A stretch of 64,000 nucleotides of DNA from Candidatus Omnitrophota bacterium (GTDB lineage: Bacteria; Omnitrophota; Gorgyraeia; Zapsychrales; Zapsychraceae), in assembly GCA_021108075.1 (NCBI GenBank), contig JAIORP010000197.1, positions 20,509 to 84,508 on the forward strand. Direction: 5' to 3'. Below the pieces are notes generated by a model, which was not told where the DNA came from, searched no databases, and saw only the letters and a list, made by a program, of their open reading frames with translations. This document shows positions 19,614-30,030 of this stretch, one piece after another. The position numbers and the translations under genes are program-made. Numbering within the stretch: position 1 is the stretch's first letter; every line of letters starts with the position of its first letter.

Positions 19614-20908
19614 ACAATTTTTCAAAATTCAAAGACCTGGCCTTTGAACCTCCTGGCGTTATCGAAGAGACCCAAACAAAATTGATACAAAAACATCTTC
19701 TTTATAGTTTAAATAATTCCCCATTTTATAAAAAATCTTTAGGCAATATTATACGCGACGTTTCGCGAATAAGCCTTTCTAATTTTAAAGATGTTCCACT
19801 GACAAAAAAAACATCAATTGAAGCTGATAACGGCGGGTTTTGTGCGGTTGAAGCGGCCCGGATTGTGGATATCGTGCTTTCCTCAGGCACAACAGGACAA
19901 CCCATAAAAATTTTTTATACAGAACATGACTTGAAACGTCTTGCCTACAATGAAGAGAAATCATTTAGAGGGTGTGGTCTGACAAAAAACGATGTGGTCC
20001 TTCTGACATGCACCATGGATAGATGTTTTATCGCAGGATTGGCTTACTTCCTGGGGGTAAGGCGTTTGGGAGCGTCGGCTATTCGCAATGGTCACGGGAG
20101 TTTAGACAGCCATTCGGAGATAATTGACATGATGAAACCTACCGTAATCGTGGGGGTCCCATCATTTTTGAAAAAATTGGGTACGTATATGCAAACGGCA
20201 AAAAAAAATCCTTCCGGATCTTCAGTTTCAAAACTTATTTGCATTGGAGAACCTTTGCGCAATGAAAAAAATATGTTATTAGATATCGGCATCGAATTGG
20301 AAGCGACCTGGAATGCGAAAGCATATTCAACGTACGCTTCGTCAGAAACAATTACAACATTCTGTGAATGTCTCGAACAATGTGGCGGGCATTTACATCC
20401 TGACCTGGCAATCGTTGAGGTCATTGATGAAGAAGAAAATGTCCTCGGGGATAGAGACATCGGGCAAGTTGTTGTGACGCCTCTGGACATAGAAGGGATG
20501 CCTTTGATTCGTTACAAAACAGGCGATATCAGTTTTTTAATGAATGAACCTTGCCGGTGCGGGAGAAATTCAAAGCGTTTGGGGCCGATTCTGGGACGAA
20601 AAAAGCAGATGATGAAGGTTAAAGGCACAAAGTTGTATCCACAGGCTGTCTACGCGGCATTGGATAGCTTAAAAGCCGTTCAAGAGTATTACATTGAAGT
20701 GACCAGTGGTACCGAGCTCTCTGACAACTTAGTGGTGCATGTAGCGGTCAATGATCTTTCTTGTGATTTAGAGTTGTTACAGGACCGGCTGCAAACGCAT
20801 TTGCGTGTTAAACCAAACGTGATTTTAGAACGGGAAGATGTCATAAGAAAAATTGTTTATACCCAAGAAAACAGAAAACCAATTCGTTTTTTTGACAGGA
20901 GAAAATAA
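19610..20908 (+). CDS. Adenylate-forming enzyme, phenylacetate-CoA ligase / coenzyme F390 synthetase-like
   Basis: SSGTTGQPIKIFYT matches the PaaK-type P-loop. 432 aa. Confidence 0.7.
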   Translation: MNNFSKFKDLAFEPPGVIEETQTKLIQKHLLYSLNNSPFYKKSLGNIIRDVSRISLSNFKDVPLTKKTSIEADNGGFCAVEAARIVDIVLSSGTTGQPIKIFYTEHDLKRLAYNEEKSFRGCGLTKNDVVLLTCTMDRCFIAGLAYFLGVRRLGASAIRNGHGSLDSHSEIIDMMKPTVIVGVPSFLKKLGTYMQTAKKNPSGSSVSKLICIGEPLRNEKNMLLDIGIELEATWNAKAYSTYASSETITTFCECLEQCGGHLHPDLAIVEVIDEEENVLGDRDIGQVVVTPLDIEGMPLIRYKTGDISFLMNEPCRCGRNSKRLGPILGRKKQMMKVKGTKLYPQAVYAALDSLKAVQEYYIEVTSGTELSDNLVVHVAVNDLSCDLELLQDRLQTHLRVKPNVILEREDVIRKIVYTQENRKPIRFFDRRK

Positions 20909-22413
20909 TGTCTGATTGTCAAACACGTATGTTTAACGTCGAGTTCACGGATCAAGAAATCCGTGAGGCCAGCGACCGGGGCCGGTTGTTGTCAATGGAA
21001 ATTGAGTTTAGCACAAAATGTAATTTTAAATGCCCATATTGTTACGCAGTCGATGACTCGTTCATTGATAAGGAACTTGACAAAAAACAGATTGAAAATG
21101 TTATTCTACAGGCAAAAAATATGGGAGCCAGGAAGATCATCATTCTAGGGGGAGAACCATTGGTCTATTCTCACATCTTAGAAGTCTTGGCTTTTATTAG
21201 AGATCAAGGGTTGGAAGTGGAAATGTTCACGAATGGTTCAATGATCAATGAGGTTGTCGCTAATGCATTATTTGATCTTGGCATCAATGTGGTCTTGAAA
21301 ATGAATTCATTCACTAAAGACACACAGGATATGCTGACAGGCGTCCAGGGATCGCATATTATGATCAGGGAAGCGATCAATAATATTTTAAAAGCGGGTT
21401 ATCCATCCCAAAAGAAATATGTGGCCGTCAGCACGATCATATGTCGACAAAATATTCATGAGTTGGTCGATCTGTGGATATGGCTAAGAGAGAGGAATAT
21501 TATTCCATATTTTGAGATGATCACTCCCCAGGGTGAATTCAATAATCACAAATGGCTGGAAGTAGATTCTCTTGAATTGGAAAAATTGTTTAAAGAAATT
21601 GCTAAGGTTGATAAAGAAAACTACGGAAATGATTGGAACATTCAGCCTCCTCTTGTCGGGAACAAATGCTTCAGGCATCACTATTCTTGTTTTGTGAATG
21701 TAAAAGGAGATGTCCTGCCATGTGTGGGGGTTACAATCCCCATGGGTAATATTAAAAATAGAAGTTTAAAAAATATCCTGGAGACAAGTGAAGTCATCGA
21801 AGACCTTAAAGCATACAAAAAACTTATTAAAGGACCCTGCCGTGAATGTGAGCAGTTGGACAATTGTTATGGATGTCGAGGAGCAGCATATCAATTGACA
21901 GGGGATTATCTGGCGTCAGACCCTTTATGCTGGAAGAACTACGACAAAAAAGAACAGATTCTCAAACTTCCGATCAGTGTCGATGATATCATTCCTCAAA
22001 AAGCTCCGATGAAGGTTATTGATCAATTGGTTGCGGTGTATGACCGCAGGGCGGAAGCTTCCGTCTGCGTTTCTAAAGACATGCTGTTTGTTGAAAAATC
22101 GGGAGAATTGAATAGTGCCGTTTATTTGGAAATGATGGCGCAAACGATTGCCGCGTACAATTGTTTTAAGAAGATGGGAGATCCGGACTACAAGATGGAA
22201 GGGTTTTTGATAGGGGCGAAAAAGCTCGAAATACTCGGGAAAGCCAGTATCGGTGATAATTTAATGATTACAATTGAGAAAAAAGCAAGATTAGGTAATT
22301 TCGCAATTATTGATGGAAAAGTTATCAATCGGGATAAACTCCTGGCCAGAGGTGAAGTGAAAGTGTGGCATAGTGAGAGTCCGAAGGAAGGAAGGTTAAC
22401 ATTAGTCCAATGA
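20908..22413 (+). CDS. Radical SAM / SPASM-domain enzyme fused to a C-terminal ~140-aa hotdog-like domain
   Basis: CNFKCPYC (CX3CX2C). C-rich SPASM-like segment CRECEQLDNCYGCRGAAYQ...DPLCW. C-terminal MKVIDQLVAVYD...EGFLIGAKKLEI...GEVKVWH with hotdog-like pattern. Confidence 0.7.
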   Translation: MSDCQTRMFNVEFTDQEIREASDRGRLLSMEIEFSTKCNFKCPYCYAVDDSFIDKELDKKQIENVILQAKNMGARKIIILGGEPLVYSHILEVLAFIRDQGLEVEMFTNGSMINEVVANALFDLGINVVLKMNSFTKDTQDMLTGVQGSHIMIREAINNILKAGYPSQKKYVAVSTIICRQNIHELVDLWIWLRERNIIPYFEMITPQGEFNNHKWLEVDSLELEKLFKEIAKVDKENYGNDWNIQPPLVGNKCFRHHYSCFVNVKGDVLPCVGVTIPMGNIKNRSLKNILETSEVIEDLKAYKKLIKGPCRECEQLDNCYGCRGAAYQLTGDYLASDPLCWKNYDKKEQILKLPISVDDIIPQKAPMKVIDQLVAVYDRRAEASVCVSKDMLFVEKSGELNSAVYLEMMAQTIAAYNCFKKMGDPDYKMEGFLIGAKKLEILGKASIGDNLMITIEKKARLGNFAIIDGKVINRDKLLARGEVKVWHSESPKEGRLTLVQ

Positions 22414-23069
22414 AAAAAGACAGAATTATTTTTTTAATTGTTTTTTTATTTCTTGCTGCCTTCAGGGTTGCATCAGGGTATTGCCAAAAGACGGATGTCG
22501 ACTTGATCAAGAACCTTAAGCTTATTGAAAGCAAGATGTCAAACATCAACACATTGACAACAAAATTTGTGCAAATAAAAGATCTTTCTCTATTCAAGCA
22601 AAAACTTGAGATCAAAGGGTCGTTGTATTTAAAAAAACCGTCATCATTCGCGTGGCATATTGATGTCCCTCTGAAGCAGAGGATCATCCTGGAAAAAAAT
22701 ATCGTCAAACAATGGGATGAAGACACAAATCAAGTCCAGAAAATTAATTTAGATAAAAACCCGTCCTTTAGTATCATGACCGATCAAATGAAACGCTGGG
22801 TTTCTGGTTCCTATTTGTCTCTTGTTGATGAATACGAGATCGAAATAGTACAATCTTCACCGATAAGACTGAAATTCACTCCATTAGAGAATTCAATGGC
22901 TTTTAAAATGATAAAAAGCATCGTGATTCTCTTTCAGGAAGATGAGACATATATTGAATCTATTGTTATCTCAGAAACAAACGGTGACTCAACAAAATTT
23001 CAATTCTTAGAAACGTCCCTTAACGTGGCATTGGATCCTCAAGCGTGGAAGATAAAACCAAGTGATTGA
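22410..23069 (+). CDS. LolA-like outer-membrane lipoprotein carrier family protein
   Basis: Signal peptide MKKDRIIFLIVFLFLAAFRVASG. Size ~219 aa. Position next to an MMPL exporter as in aryl-polyene clusters. Confidence 0.5.
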   Translation: MKKDRIIFLIVFLFLAAFRVASGYCQKTDVDLIKNLKLIESKMSNINTLTTKFVQIKDLSLFKQKLEIKGSLYLKKPSSFAWHIDVPLKQRIILEKNIVKQWDEDTNQVQKINLDKNPSFSIMTDQMKRWVSGSYLSLVDEYEIEIVQSSPIRLKFTPLENSMAFKMIKSIVILFQEDETYIESIVISETNGDSTKFQFLETSLNVALDPQAWKIKPSD

Positions 23070-25440
23070 TCGTTTGTTCAGTAAAATATATTTAGCTTTA
23101 AGAAAAAGACAGAGGCTGACAATTCTTTTTGTTGCCTTTATATTTATTTTTTCATTTTTTCGCTTGTTCGCTGTCCCATTTAACAACAATGTTGAACTCA
23201 TGCTCCCCGATGATGCGGAGTTTACCCGATCTTTGAAATTTTTAAGAGAATCCAATTTTTCAGACAAGGTTGTTTTGTCTCTAAGTCTAAAGGACGCGGA
23301 TCATTCAGTTTCTGATCTTTTAAAGGTTGCGGATCAATTCAAAAAAAATTTAAAACCACCTCTGGTTGAAAAAATTGAATCAGGAATATTGGAAAAAGAA
23401 ATTCTGGATGATATCAACCAATTCCTGGTCTACGTTCCGCAAATTGTTGCTAAAGGGGATCTTTCCGCTATTGAAAGCCGGGTTACACCCGAGCATGTAA
23501 ATGAGAAGCTGAAGCAGGGATATAAAAATATGCTTTCAATGAACAGCATGTTCCTCAAGTCCTTCATAGAAAATGATCCCCTGGGCGTGAAAATTCAATA
23601 CTTCCAAAAAATGAAAGAGCTGGGAGAGTCGATCGGTTATAAGGCCAAGTTCAAGGATGGTCATTTTATCAGCCTTGATGACAGGCACATTATGTTGATA
23701 TTGACGACACCGATTCTGATAACAGACAGCGCGGGGGCAAGAAAACTCATTAATTATATCCATGCCCAAATTGACATGTTACCGGAATATATCAATGTCG
23801 ATATTATTAGCGGACATTTACATACATTAAGCAATGAAGACATTATAAAGAAAGATATAGCAAAAACGGTTTTTGCCGCATCGTTAATGCTTCTCGTCCT
23901 TCTGGTTATTGTATTCAGAAGCGCGCGGGCGTTACTGGTGTTTATTATTCCTGCTGTCGCGATTCTTATCTCTATGAACTTAACGTCGATGATGATCGGC
24001 GCACTTTCGTCTTTCATTGTCGGTTTAGCGGCTGTCATCGCGGGGATTACGGTTGATTATGGCATTCATATCTATCTGGCGATGCACGCAGGTGGCTTGC
24101 GCAAAGTTAATAAGATCTCCCGACCTGTTATGGTTGGTGTCTTTACGACAATGGGAGTCTTTGCGTCATTCTTCTTTTCCAGTATTTATGGCTACCAACA
24201 GTTCGCGCTTCTGACAAATTTGAGCATTGTGATCAGTATCTTCTTTTATTTGTTCATTCTGCCGGGACTATTTTATAAAAAGAACGAAAATATTCCCCTT
24301 ATAAAAATCAATTTTCGTAAAGAAAATCCGATATTTCATGATAGTGTCATTGTCTTTTTGTGGTTGATCGTACTGGGCTGTTTTATGTTCTTTTCACAAC
24401 ATTCAACATTCAGCAATGATGTGAGAGTCTATGATGGAAGTTCCGAAGAAATTTTTAAGGCGGAAGATCGTTTTCACCAGACATGGGGAGGGGGGGACGA
24501 ATTCGCGATGATGGTCGCGCAGGCTGACACATTGCAAGATGTTCTTAAATTGAATGAAGAGCTCAATACGCGATTAAAAAGAAGTTTTGAAAATGCAAAA
24601 GTCGCGAACATCGCTGAGGTGTATCCTTCGAAAAAAACAAGAGAAAAAAATTTATTGAGGTGGAATTCACTCTGGAAAAACAAACTCGAAGGAAAAACAA
24701 AAAAACTTCTAAAAGAGCAGGGCATGAAATTTGGATATTCAAAAAACGCATTTAAGCCATTCTTCGATGAGCTTTATAATAGCAGTGTGGCAGATGATGA
24801 AACAAAGGAACCAAAATTATTGGATAAAGTCAAAAACCGGTTCTTACAAAAAACAAAGAATGGATTTTATGCGATATCTTATTTTTCTGATAAAGAAGCC
24901 TTAATCGATAAGGCTCAAAAAATAAGCAAGAAAATGGCCGGCACGTTCATTATTTCAAGAAAAAATATGACGAAATCGATCTCTGAATCCGTTTATCAAG
25001 AAGTGAAGAAGCTTTCCTGGATAGCCGGGTCTTTGATCGTCATATTAACGATCTTATTGCTGAAAAACATTCGATTGACTTTGCTGGCGTTGATTCCGGT
25101 TGTGACAAGTGTTTTTATGATCCTTGGAGGGTTTTCCCTGTTGGGCTATGCCCTCAACGCGCCTTCTATGGTCGCGATTCTTGTTGTTGTTGGACTCTGT
25201 ATTGATTATGGAGTTTTCATGGTTTATGACTGCAAGTTTAAACTCGAAGCAGGCACATTGTTGGCGGTGACGTTGTCCGCGATGACAACCATTGTCGGAG
25301 GAAGCGTCCTTTTACTGGCCACGCATCCGGTCCTGTTTTATGTGGGCGTGACGATGGCAATCGGCATATTCTCTGGATATTTGGTCGCAGCTTTTGTCAT
25401 CCCGGCATGCTATCGATTATGGATTTCTCCGAGGGGGTAA
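23062..25440 (+). CDS. MMPL/RND-superfamily exporter (12-TM, two large periplasmic loops)
   Basis: 792 aa. Two clusters of ~6 TM helices (aa ~265-400 and ~640-780) separated by soluble domains. Typical of MMPL/HpnN-type lipid exporters. Confidence 0.65.
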   Translation: MIDRLFSKIYLALRKRQRLTILFVAFIFIFSFFRLFAVPFNNNVELMLPDDAEFTRSLKFLRESNFSDKVVLSLSLKDADHSVSDLLKVADQFKKNLKPPLVEKIESGILEKEILDDINQFLVYVPQIVAKGDLSAIESRVTPEHVNEKLKQGYKNMLSMNSMFLKSFIENDPLGVKIQYFQKMKELGESIGYKAKFKDGHFISLDDRHIMLILTTPILITDSAGARKLINYIHAQIDMLPEYINVDIISGHLHTLSNEDIIKKDIAKTVFAASLMLLVLLVIVFRSARALLVFIIPAVAILISMNLTSMMIGALSSFIVGLAAVIAGITVDYGIHIYLAMHAGGLRKVNKISRPVMVGVFTTMGVFASFFFSSIYGYQQFALLTNLSIVISIFFYLFILPGLFYKKNENIPLIKINFRKENPIFHDSVIVFLWLIVLGCFMFFSQHSTFSNDVRVYDGSSEEIFKAEDRFHQTWGGGDEFAMMVAQADTLQDVLKLNEELNTRLKRSFENAKVANIAEVYPSKKTREKNLLRWNSLWKNKLEGKTKKLLKEQGMKFGYSKNAFKPFFDELYNSSVADDETKEPKLLDKVKNRFLQKTKNGFYAISYFSDKEALIDKAQKISKKMAGTFIISRKNMTKSISESVYQEVKKLSWIAGSLIVILTILLLKNIRLTLLALIPVVTSVFMILGGFSLLGYALNAPSMVAILVVVGLCIDYGVFMVYDCKFKLEAGTLLAVTLSAMTTIVGGSVLLLATHPVLFYVGVTMAIGIFSGYLVAAFVIPACYRLWISPRG

Positions 25441-26108
25441 CAGTGCGAAAACAATTCTGGATTTTCTTATTATGTCTGTGCTTGATCGGCGGATGTGGTT
25501 TTGTGCCCTTTAAAGGAACAGCATACGTGTTGCTTGTCGACAGCACGCCCGATGAGATATTACAAAAGCATAGCGCGTTGACGCCGGATAGCTTTAAGGT
25601 TATCAATACGGTTATATTTCAGTTCAGGACAAAAAAATTTTTATCTCTTGGATATCTTTCGGTTGACACGAGTGAGAAGTCCTTTGAATTGGCCGGCATG
25701 AATTCAGTTGGGATAAAGCTCATTGAAATTGCGGCTAAAAACAAAGAGATCCTTGTCAATAATGTGATTGATGAAATTTCAAAGAGAGGTGATGTCGCGA
25801 AGGTTCTGGTTAGCGATATCGATCGCATTTATTTTCACTCGATACCAGCCAATAATGCACGGACGCGTTTGAAAAAAAAAGAAGTTGTGTTTATACAAGA
25901 CGACATCACGGGAAGGACGGAATATACTTTTGCCGGCAAAGGCAATCATTTGGTCGAGAAAACGCGTTACGATGGAAAGATGAAAACCTGGTCTGTTCAA
26001 TATTATGAATACATGGACAAGGACGGCAAGGTCTATCCCAAAGGGATCATTTATAAAAACCACAAATATAAGTATAAGTTAATCATTACGATAAAAGAGA
26101 TCATATGA
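25407..26108 (+). CDS. Hypothetical lipoprotein of the lipid cluster (true start probably near 25440)
   Basis: Hydrophobic N-terminus with lipobox-like LIGGC. No recognisable catalytic motif. Confidence 0.45.
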   Translation: MLSIMDFSEGVTVRKQFWIFLLCLCLIGGCGFVPFKGTAYVLLVDSTPDEILQKHSALTPDSFKVINTVIFQFRTKKFLSLGYLSVDTSEKSFELAGMNSVGIKLIEIAAKNKEILVNNVIDEISKRGDVAKVLVSDIDRIYFHSIPANNARTRLKKKEVVFIQDDITGRTEYTFAGKGNHLVEKTRYDGKMKTWSVQYYEYMDKDGKVYPKGIIYKNHKYKYKLIITIKEII

Positions 26109-26476
26109 AAACGTATTTAATTGACGATATCAACAGGTGTTTAAAGGATATGGATATCATTGATATTCGTATGCTAAGAGCAAAATTTGTCTTCGACGAA
26201 AATTTTGTAGGATTTAAAGGTCATTTCGAAAACAATCCCGTTCTGCCGGGTGTTTGCAAAATCCTTGCCAGCATTGAAGCTATCAAGAGGTGGAAAAAAA
26301 AAGAGGACCTTAATCTCATAGAGATCAAATCTGCGAAATTCTTTATGCCGGTCACATGTAATGAGGAATTGATATTTAATTGTTTGGATAATGAAGCTCC
26401 GGTCGGTTATTCCATCAACGTTAAAATTGCAAGGGGAGAAGAAAAAGTATCGGAATTGAAATTGAAATTATCATAA
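26105..26476 (+). CDS. FabA/FabZ-like 3-hydroxyacyl-ACP dehydratase (hotdog)
   Basis: GHFENNPVLPGVCKILASIEAI matches the FabZ GHFPxxPVxPGVL active-site region. 123 aa. Confidence 0.75.
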   Translation: MKTYLIDDINRCLKDMDIIDIRMLRAKFVFDENFVGFKGHFENNPVLPGVCKILASIEAIKRWKKKEDLNLIEIKSAKFFMPVTCNEELIFNCLDNEAPVGYSINVKIARGEEKVSELKLKLS

Positions 26477-26489
26477 AAGAGGTTAGAAA

Positions 26490-26966
26490 ATGAGAAGAAA
26501 ATCAGGAAAATATTTTGACAGAATTCCCGCGGACCCGGATCCGTTGACTGTGCGCGTTAAGAAAAGAGTTAGTTTCAGCGATGTGGATATCATGGGAATT
26601 GTCTGGCATGGCAGATATACAAAATACTTTGAAGAAGGGTTTGCCGCGATCGGCCGAGAATTTAGTCTCTCATATAAAGAATTTTATGAATCTGGTTTGC
26701 GTGCCCCAATCGTGCAAATGCATGTTGATTATCATTCGCCCTTGATCCTTGATGAAATTTGCACAATTGAGGCGAGGATGATTTGGAACGACGGCGCGAG
26801 GATTAATATTGAATATACGATCATTAAAGAAGACGGGCAGGTTGCGGCAACCGGATACACGATACAAATGTTCATTGACGCGGAATCTCAGGAACATTTC
26901 ATCGTGACACCGCCTTTGTTGGAGAATTGTCGTAATAAATGGATTAACGGTGAATACGCGTGTTGA
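26490..26966 (+). CDS. Acyl-CoA/acyl-ACP thioesterase, 4HBT/YbgC-type hotdog
   Basis: VRVKKRVSFSDVDIMGIVWHGRYTKYFEEG is YbgC-like. 158 aa. Confidence 0.7.
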   Translation: MRRKSGKYFDRIPADPDPLTVRVKKRVSFSDVDIMGIVWHGRYTKYFEEGFAAIGREFSLSYKEFYESGLRAPIVQMHVDYHSPLILDEICTIEARMIWNDGARINIEYTIIKEDGQVAATGYTIQMFIDAESQEHFIVTPPLLENCRNKWINGEYAC

Positions 26967-28096
26967 AAACAGATCCCGTCATCGTTGATTACAATGCCAT
27001 GACTCCATATGGCGAAGGCATCGATGTTTGCTGGCGGGGTTTAATGAATAACCGGACTTCAATCACGGACATTGAACGTTTTGACGCCGGCCATTTCATC
27101 TCCAATAAAGCCGCTACGATCAAGACCGTAACTTTTGGGAATGAAAAATCACTTGTGTGGCAGATGCTCGAAAGGCTTAAAAAAAATATTAACAATGAAA
27201 TCCCACAAGACGCCGACTTGCTGCTGGCTTCTTTAAATGGTGAGATTGAGTTTATTGAGAGAGAACTATTAACGGACAATGACTGTTCTCAAGAAAGCCG
27301 TCTGGATCTTTTATTAGCAAAGACACAGGATCTTTTCAGACTTAAAGGAACGGGAATGGTCATTTCAGCGGCATGCGCATCATCAAGTATCGCTATTGCT
27401 AAAGCCGCGTCGATGATAACTTCCGGTCAAAGTAGTTGTGTCTTGGTTTTAGCTTGTGATTGCGTCAGTGAATTCATCATATCCGGGTTTTCCGCTCTGA
27501 TGGCTTTAGATAAACATTGCGCGCGCCCTTTTGACATAAAAAGAGCGGGGCTGAATATCGGCGAAGCAGCCGGTTATCTTCTTATGATGAGTCAGGAAAG
27601 AGCTGAAAAAGAAGGCAGAAAAACCGCAGGTAAAGTAAGGGGTTGGGGCATGTCCTGTGACGCAAATCATATGACGGGTCCATCGACAGACGGCGAAGGT
27701 TTGTTTCTTGCGATTAAGCAAGCATTGGATCGGGGAGGAGTTCCGTCGGAGAAAATACGTAGTATCTGTGCTCATGGGACAGGAACAGTTTACAATGATG
27801 CCATGGAAATTACAGCATATAAACGTATATTTTCAGAAAGAGTTTGCCCAACCTACTCCATCAAAGGTGGCATTGGACATACAATGGGAGCGGCAGGTCT
27901 CATGGATATTCTTGTCGTATTAGAAACGATTAAAAATGCCGTTTTGCCACCCACGGTAGGTGTAAAGGAAATCGCGAAAGAAGCTGTCGGATGGGTTAAG
28001 AAAAAAAAAGTTTGTTTACATAATGATGTCGTTCTATCAACAAACTCCGGTTTCGGCGGGATAAATTCCGCGTTGATCATAGAAACCTGCACATAA
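26960..28096 (+). CDS. Beta-ketoacyl synthase (aryl-polyene ApeO-like KS)
   Basis: Active-site Cys in ISAACASSSIAIAKAA. His motifs CAHGTGT and GHTMGAAG. Confidence 0.8.
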   Translation: MLKTDPVIVDYNAMTPYGEGIDVCWRGLMNNRTSITDIERFDAGHFISNKAATIKTVTFGNEKSLVWQMLERLKKNINNEIPQDADLLLASLNGEIEFIERELLTDNDCSQESRLDLLLAKTQDLFRLKGTGMVISAACASSSIAIAKAASMITSGQSSCVLVLACDCVSEFIISGFSALMALDKHCARPFDIKRAGLNIGEAAGYLLMMSQERAEKEGRKTAGKVRGWGMSCDANHMTGPSTDGEGLFLAIKQALDRGGVPSEKIRSICAHGTGTVYNDAMEITAYKRIFSERVCPTYSIKGGIGHTMGAAGLMDILVVLETIKNAVLPPTVGVKEIAKEAVGWVKKKKVCLHNDVVLSTNSGFGGINSALIIETCT

Positions 28097-28116
28097 AAAA
28101 CTAAACATAAGGAAAT

Positions 28117-28785
28117 ATGATTGGAATACGAGGGATAGGTTGGATTACAAAAAATAAGTTCGGGAGTGTGTTCAAAAAAGAGATAACGGAATATGCGGAC
28201 AAAGCAGACGTGTACTCTTTGTTTAAAAAGCAGTCGATTATCCCGGAGTCTTTTAGGCATTTCGGACGATTTGACAGGGTCTCGAAAAACACGTGCCTGG
28301 CTATTTCTTCGGGTTTGTTTGACGCGGATGTTTACTGTTCAAAAGAAACAAAGCCTGATTTAGGCATCCTGAGCACCAATTCAAAAGGCTGTTTACAGTC
28401 AAATATAAACTACTTCAAAGATTACATTGACTGCGGCAGGAGGCTATCACGAGGAAATTTATTTATTTTTACTTTGCCGTCGACACCAATAGCTGAATCT
28501 GCCATCATCTTTGGCTGCCAGGGGCCAATCGCGCATTTAACTTTCAAAGATGACCAGACCCCATCCATTCTCGAACATGGAAGAATGATGATTTCACAAA
28601 AAGAAGCAAAAGAACTTTTAATCGTCAACGCGAATGAAGAAGAAGCGATATGTTTTTATATAAAAGAACATGCCCACGCGTTTGAAAATGAATATATGTC
28701 ATTAGAGCAATTGCAAGAATCATTCACAGATACGGAGGAGTTATCTGAAATCATACTGAGGATCTCAGAAAAAGGAACAGAATGA
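28117..28785 (+). CDS. KS-like chain-length-factor partner (ApeC-like; KS N-terminal half without catalytic Cys)
   Basis: Starts GIRGIGWIT like a KS. PSTPIAESAIIFGCQGPIAHL aligns to the KS pre-active-site region. Only 222 aa and no CxS(S/G) nucleophile. Confidence 0.6.
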   Translation: MIGIRGIGWITKNKFGSVFKKEITEYADKADVYSLFKKQSIIPESFRHFGRFDRVSKNTCLAISSGLFDADVYCSKETKPDLGILSTNSKGCLQSNINYFKDYIDCGRRLSRGNLFIFTLPSTPIAESAIIFGCQGPIAHLTFKDDQTPSILEHGRMMISQKEAKELLIVNANEEEAICFYIKEHAHAFENEYMSLEQLQESFTDTEELSEIILRISEKGTE

Positions 28786-30023
28786 AAATATTAATCATAT
28801 ATCCGAAATGGCCAAAGCTAAAAGAGCAGACAGCATTTAATTTGCCTCCTCATGGTCCTGTTTGTTTCGCCGCGACTCTTGATCCCCGGATCGACGTTAA
28901 ATTTGTTGATGAGAATGTAGAAGAAATCGATTTCAGTGAAAAAGCGGACCTAATCGCTATGTCCGTAATGTTGACCTGTCAAATGCCCCGGGCCTGGGAA
29001 GTGGCAGATAAATTCCGGACAATGGGGAAAAAAGTCATTTTTGGCGGTATCGCGACAATGCTTCATTCTAATGAAACCATTCCCCATGCGGACGCGGTGT
29101 TTTTGGGAGAAGCGGAAGGGTTCATTGAAAAAGTTATTAAAGATTTTAAGGATGGGAAATTGAAACAGGTTTATAATTTTCAATCTCAACTACCAGATAT
29201 ATCTCTGGTTGGTACGGCACGAAGAGACATCCTTAACCATGAATTGTATAATTTCCGAGGAGTACAAATGGTTGATCTTGTGCACATGTCCAGGGGATGC
29301 AAATTCAATTGTTTTCCGTGCTGTTCGATGTTCTTAGGAGGCAAGCGTTTTAGACCTCGACCGATCGACAAAGTCATTCAGGAATTAGAAAGCATCGACA
29401 ACAACCGATTGTTTATCGTTGATAATTCGTTGGCGCAAGATGATGAATGGGAAAAAGACTTATTTAGAGAAATCGCGCCATTGAAAAAGAAATGGGTTTC
29501 TCATCCTATCAAAGATAATGATGAAATTCTTGATCTTGCCGCCAAGGCAGGCTGTTGGTATGTCTATCAAGCGATCGTGGATACGTCTGATCATATGCGA
29601 GATAAGGTGAAGCGGTTAAAAGACAGAGGAATCGGCGTGGAGGGAACAATTCTTCTCGGACTCGAACATCATAATGAGGACTACATCAAGCGCCTGGTCG
29701 ATTTCTTAATGGAAATTGAGCTGGATCTCGCCGAATTCACCATTTTAACTCCTTTTCCGCACACACCGTTTAGAAAAGAAATGCACGAGCAGGGAAGGAT
29801 CCTGCATGATGACTGGATCAAATACACCTGTGGCGAAGTTGTTTTCAAGCCAAAGTTGATGTCCGTCGATTCCTTGAAGAAGATGTATCACTACGCATGG
29901 GACACATTTTATAGTGATTGCTGCCAGGAAATCAAAATGGCGAAATTATTCATGGATGTTATAAAAAAAGAAAAAACGGATGGCACATTTAAGAAGCAAA
30001 AATTAAAAGCTGGAAGGTGGTAA
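28782..30023 (+). CDS. B12-binding radical SAM enzyme (class B)
   Basis: N-terminal Rossmann-like B12-binding region (KILIIYPKW...DLIAMSVMLT). Radical SAM CKFNCFPC (CX3CX2C). Confidence 0.75.
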   Translation: MKILIIYPKWPKLKEQTAFNLPPHGPVCFAATLDPRIDVKFVDENVEEIDFSEKADLIAMSVMLTCQMPRAWEVADKFRTMGKKVIFGGIATMLHSNETIPHADAVFLGEAEGFIEKVIKDFKDGKLKQVYNFQSQLPDISLVGTARRDILNHELYNFRGVQMVDLVHMSRGCKFNCFPCCSMFLGGKRFRPRPIDKVIQELESIDNNRLFIVDNSLAQDDEWEKDLFREIAPLKKKWVSHPIKDNDEILDLAAKAGCWYVYQAIVDTSDHMRDKVKRLKDRGIGVEGTILLGLEHHNEDYIKRLVDFLMEIELDLAEFTILTPFPHTPFRKEMHEQGRILHDDWIKYTCGEVVFKPKLMSVDSLKKMYHYAWDTFYSDCCQEIKMAKLFMDVIKKEKTDGTFKKQKLKAGRW

Positions 30024-30030
30024 ATAAACG

